From Saccostrea cucullata (taxonomy: Eukaryota): a DNA stretch of 64,000 nt. The stretch spans positions 1 to 64,000 of the forward strand of contig NW_026941099.1 of the NCBI RefSeq assembly GCF_032062105.1, given 5' to 3'. The notes under the pieces are model-generated. The model had not been told where the DNA came from. It saw nothing but the letters and a program-made list of their open reading frames with translations, and did not search any database. Position 1 is the first letter of the stretch. The number at the start of each line of letters is the position of its first letter. The position numbers and the translations under genes were made by a program. Shown one piece after another: positions 63,790-64,000 of the stretch.

Positions 63790-64000
63790 TTCAAATCAAA
63801 TTCAGAGTTGGCGTAAGACAGGAACACATCTAATGCCAATAATAAGATATGAATGATCGAAAGAATGTTACATGTACTAGCTTTATTTAACTTTATTTAA
63901 TTTAAGAATGTTTAAAGTATTCATAGTGTAATATTTGTTGCATGTTTGGTGTTGTTAAAGCACAATCGGTTAATTTAAATGATACAAGTTATATTTTTAA
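63790..64000 (+). repeat. Start of a further array unit (upstream spacer)
   Basis: AAATTCAGAGTTGGCGTAAGACAGGAACACATCTAATGCCAATAATAAGATATGAATGATCG matches 41130-41270, upstream of copy 7. Confidence 0.7.

Overview
AT-rich eukaryotic genomic DNA with spliceosomal introns, most likely a bivalve (oyster-like, inferred from the gene and repeat families). The ORF track fragments the real genes because they are spliced. (1) 2.4-5.6 kb: a RING-less B-box/B-box/coiled-coil (TRIM-like) exon splices in frame, through a 165-nt phase-0 intron, onto three exons encoding the N-terminal half of an HSPA12-type Hsp70 nucleotide-binding domain. This is an apparent TRIM-Hsp70 chimera with degenerate ATPase motifs. 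(2) 20-62 kb: a + strand tandem array of 12 paralogues of a small 4-exon type-I membrane receptor. The exons are signal peptide, 20-nt micro-exon, 132-nt MEGF10/CED-1-like Cys exon, and a last exon carrying a Ser/Thr stalk, TM helix and tail with two YxxV motifs and a C-terminal PDZ-type motif. Three copies are full length, three have an intact ectodomain and TM but truncated tails, and six are pseudogenes. A divergent relative sits at 13.7-14.1 kb and the array probably continues past the right edge. Copies share a compact GGAA-GGAA-TATA promoter module, are arranged in higher-order blocks and look mosaic. (3) Dense mobile DNA: a truncated CR1-group LINE, tRNA-headed SINEs, TTAA- and TA-flanked MITEs, long-hairpin (Crypton-like) elements, and a CACTA/EnSpm-like element that rewrote the C-terminus of the last receptor. 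All exon models and family assignments were made by eye, with no database searches.
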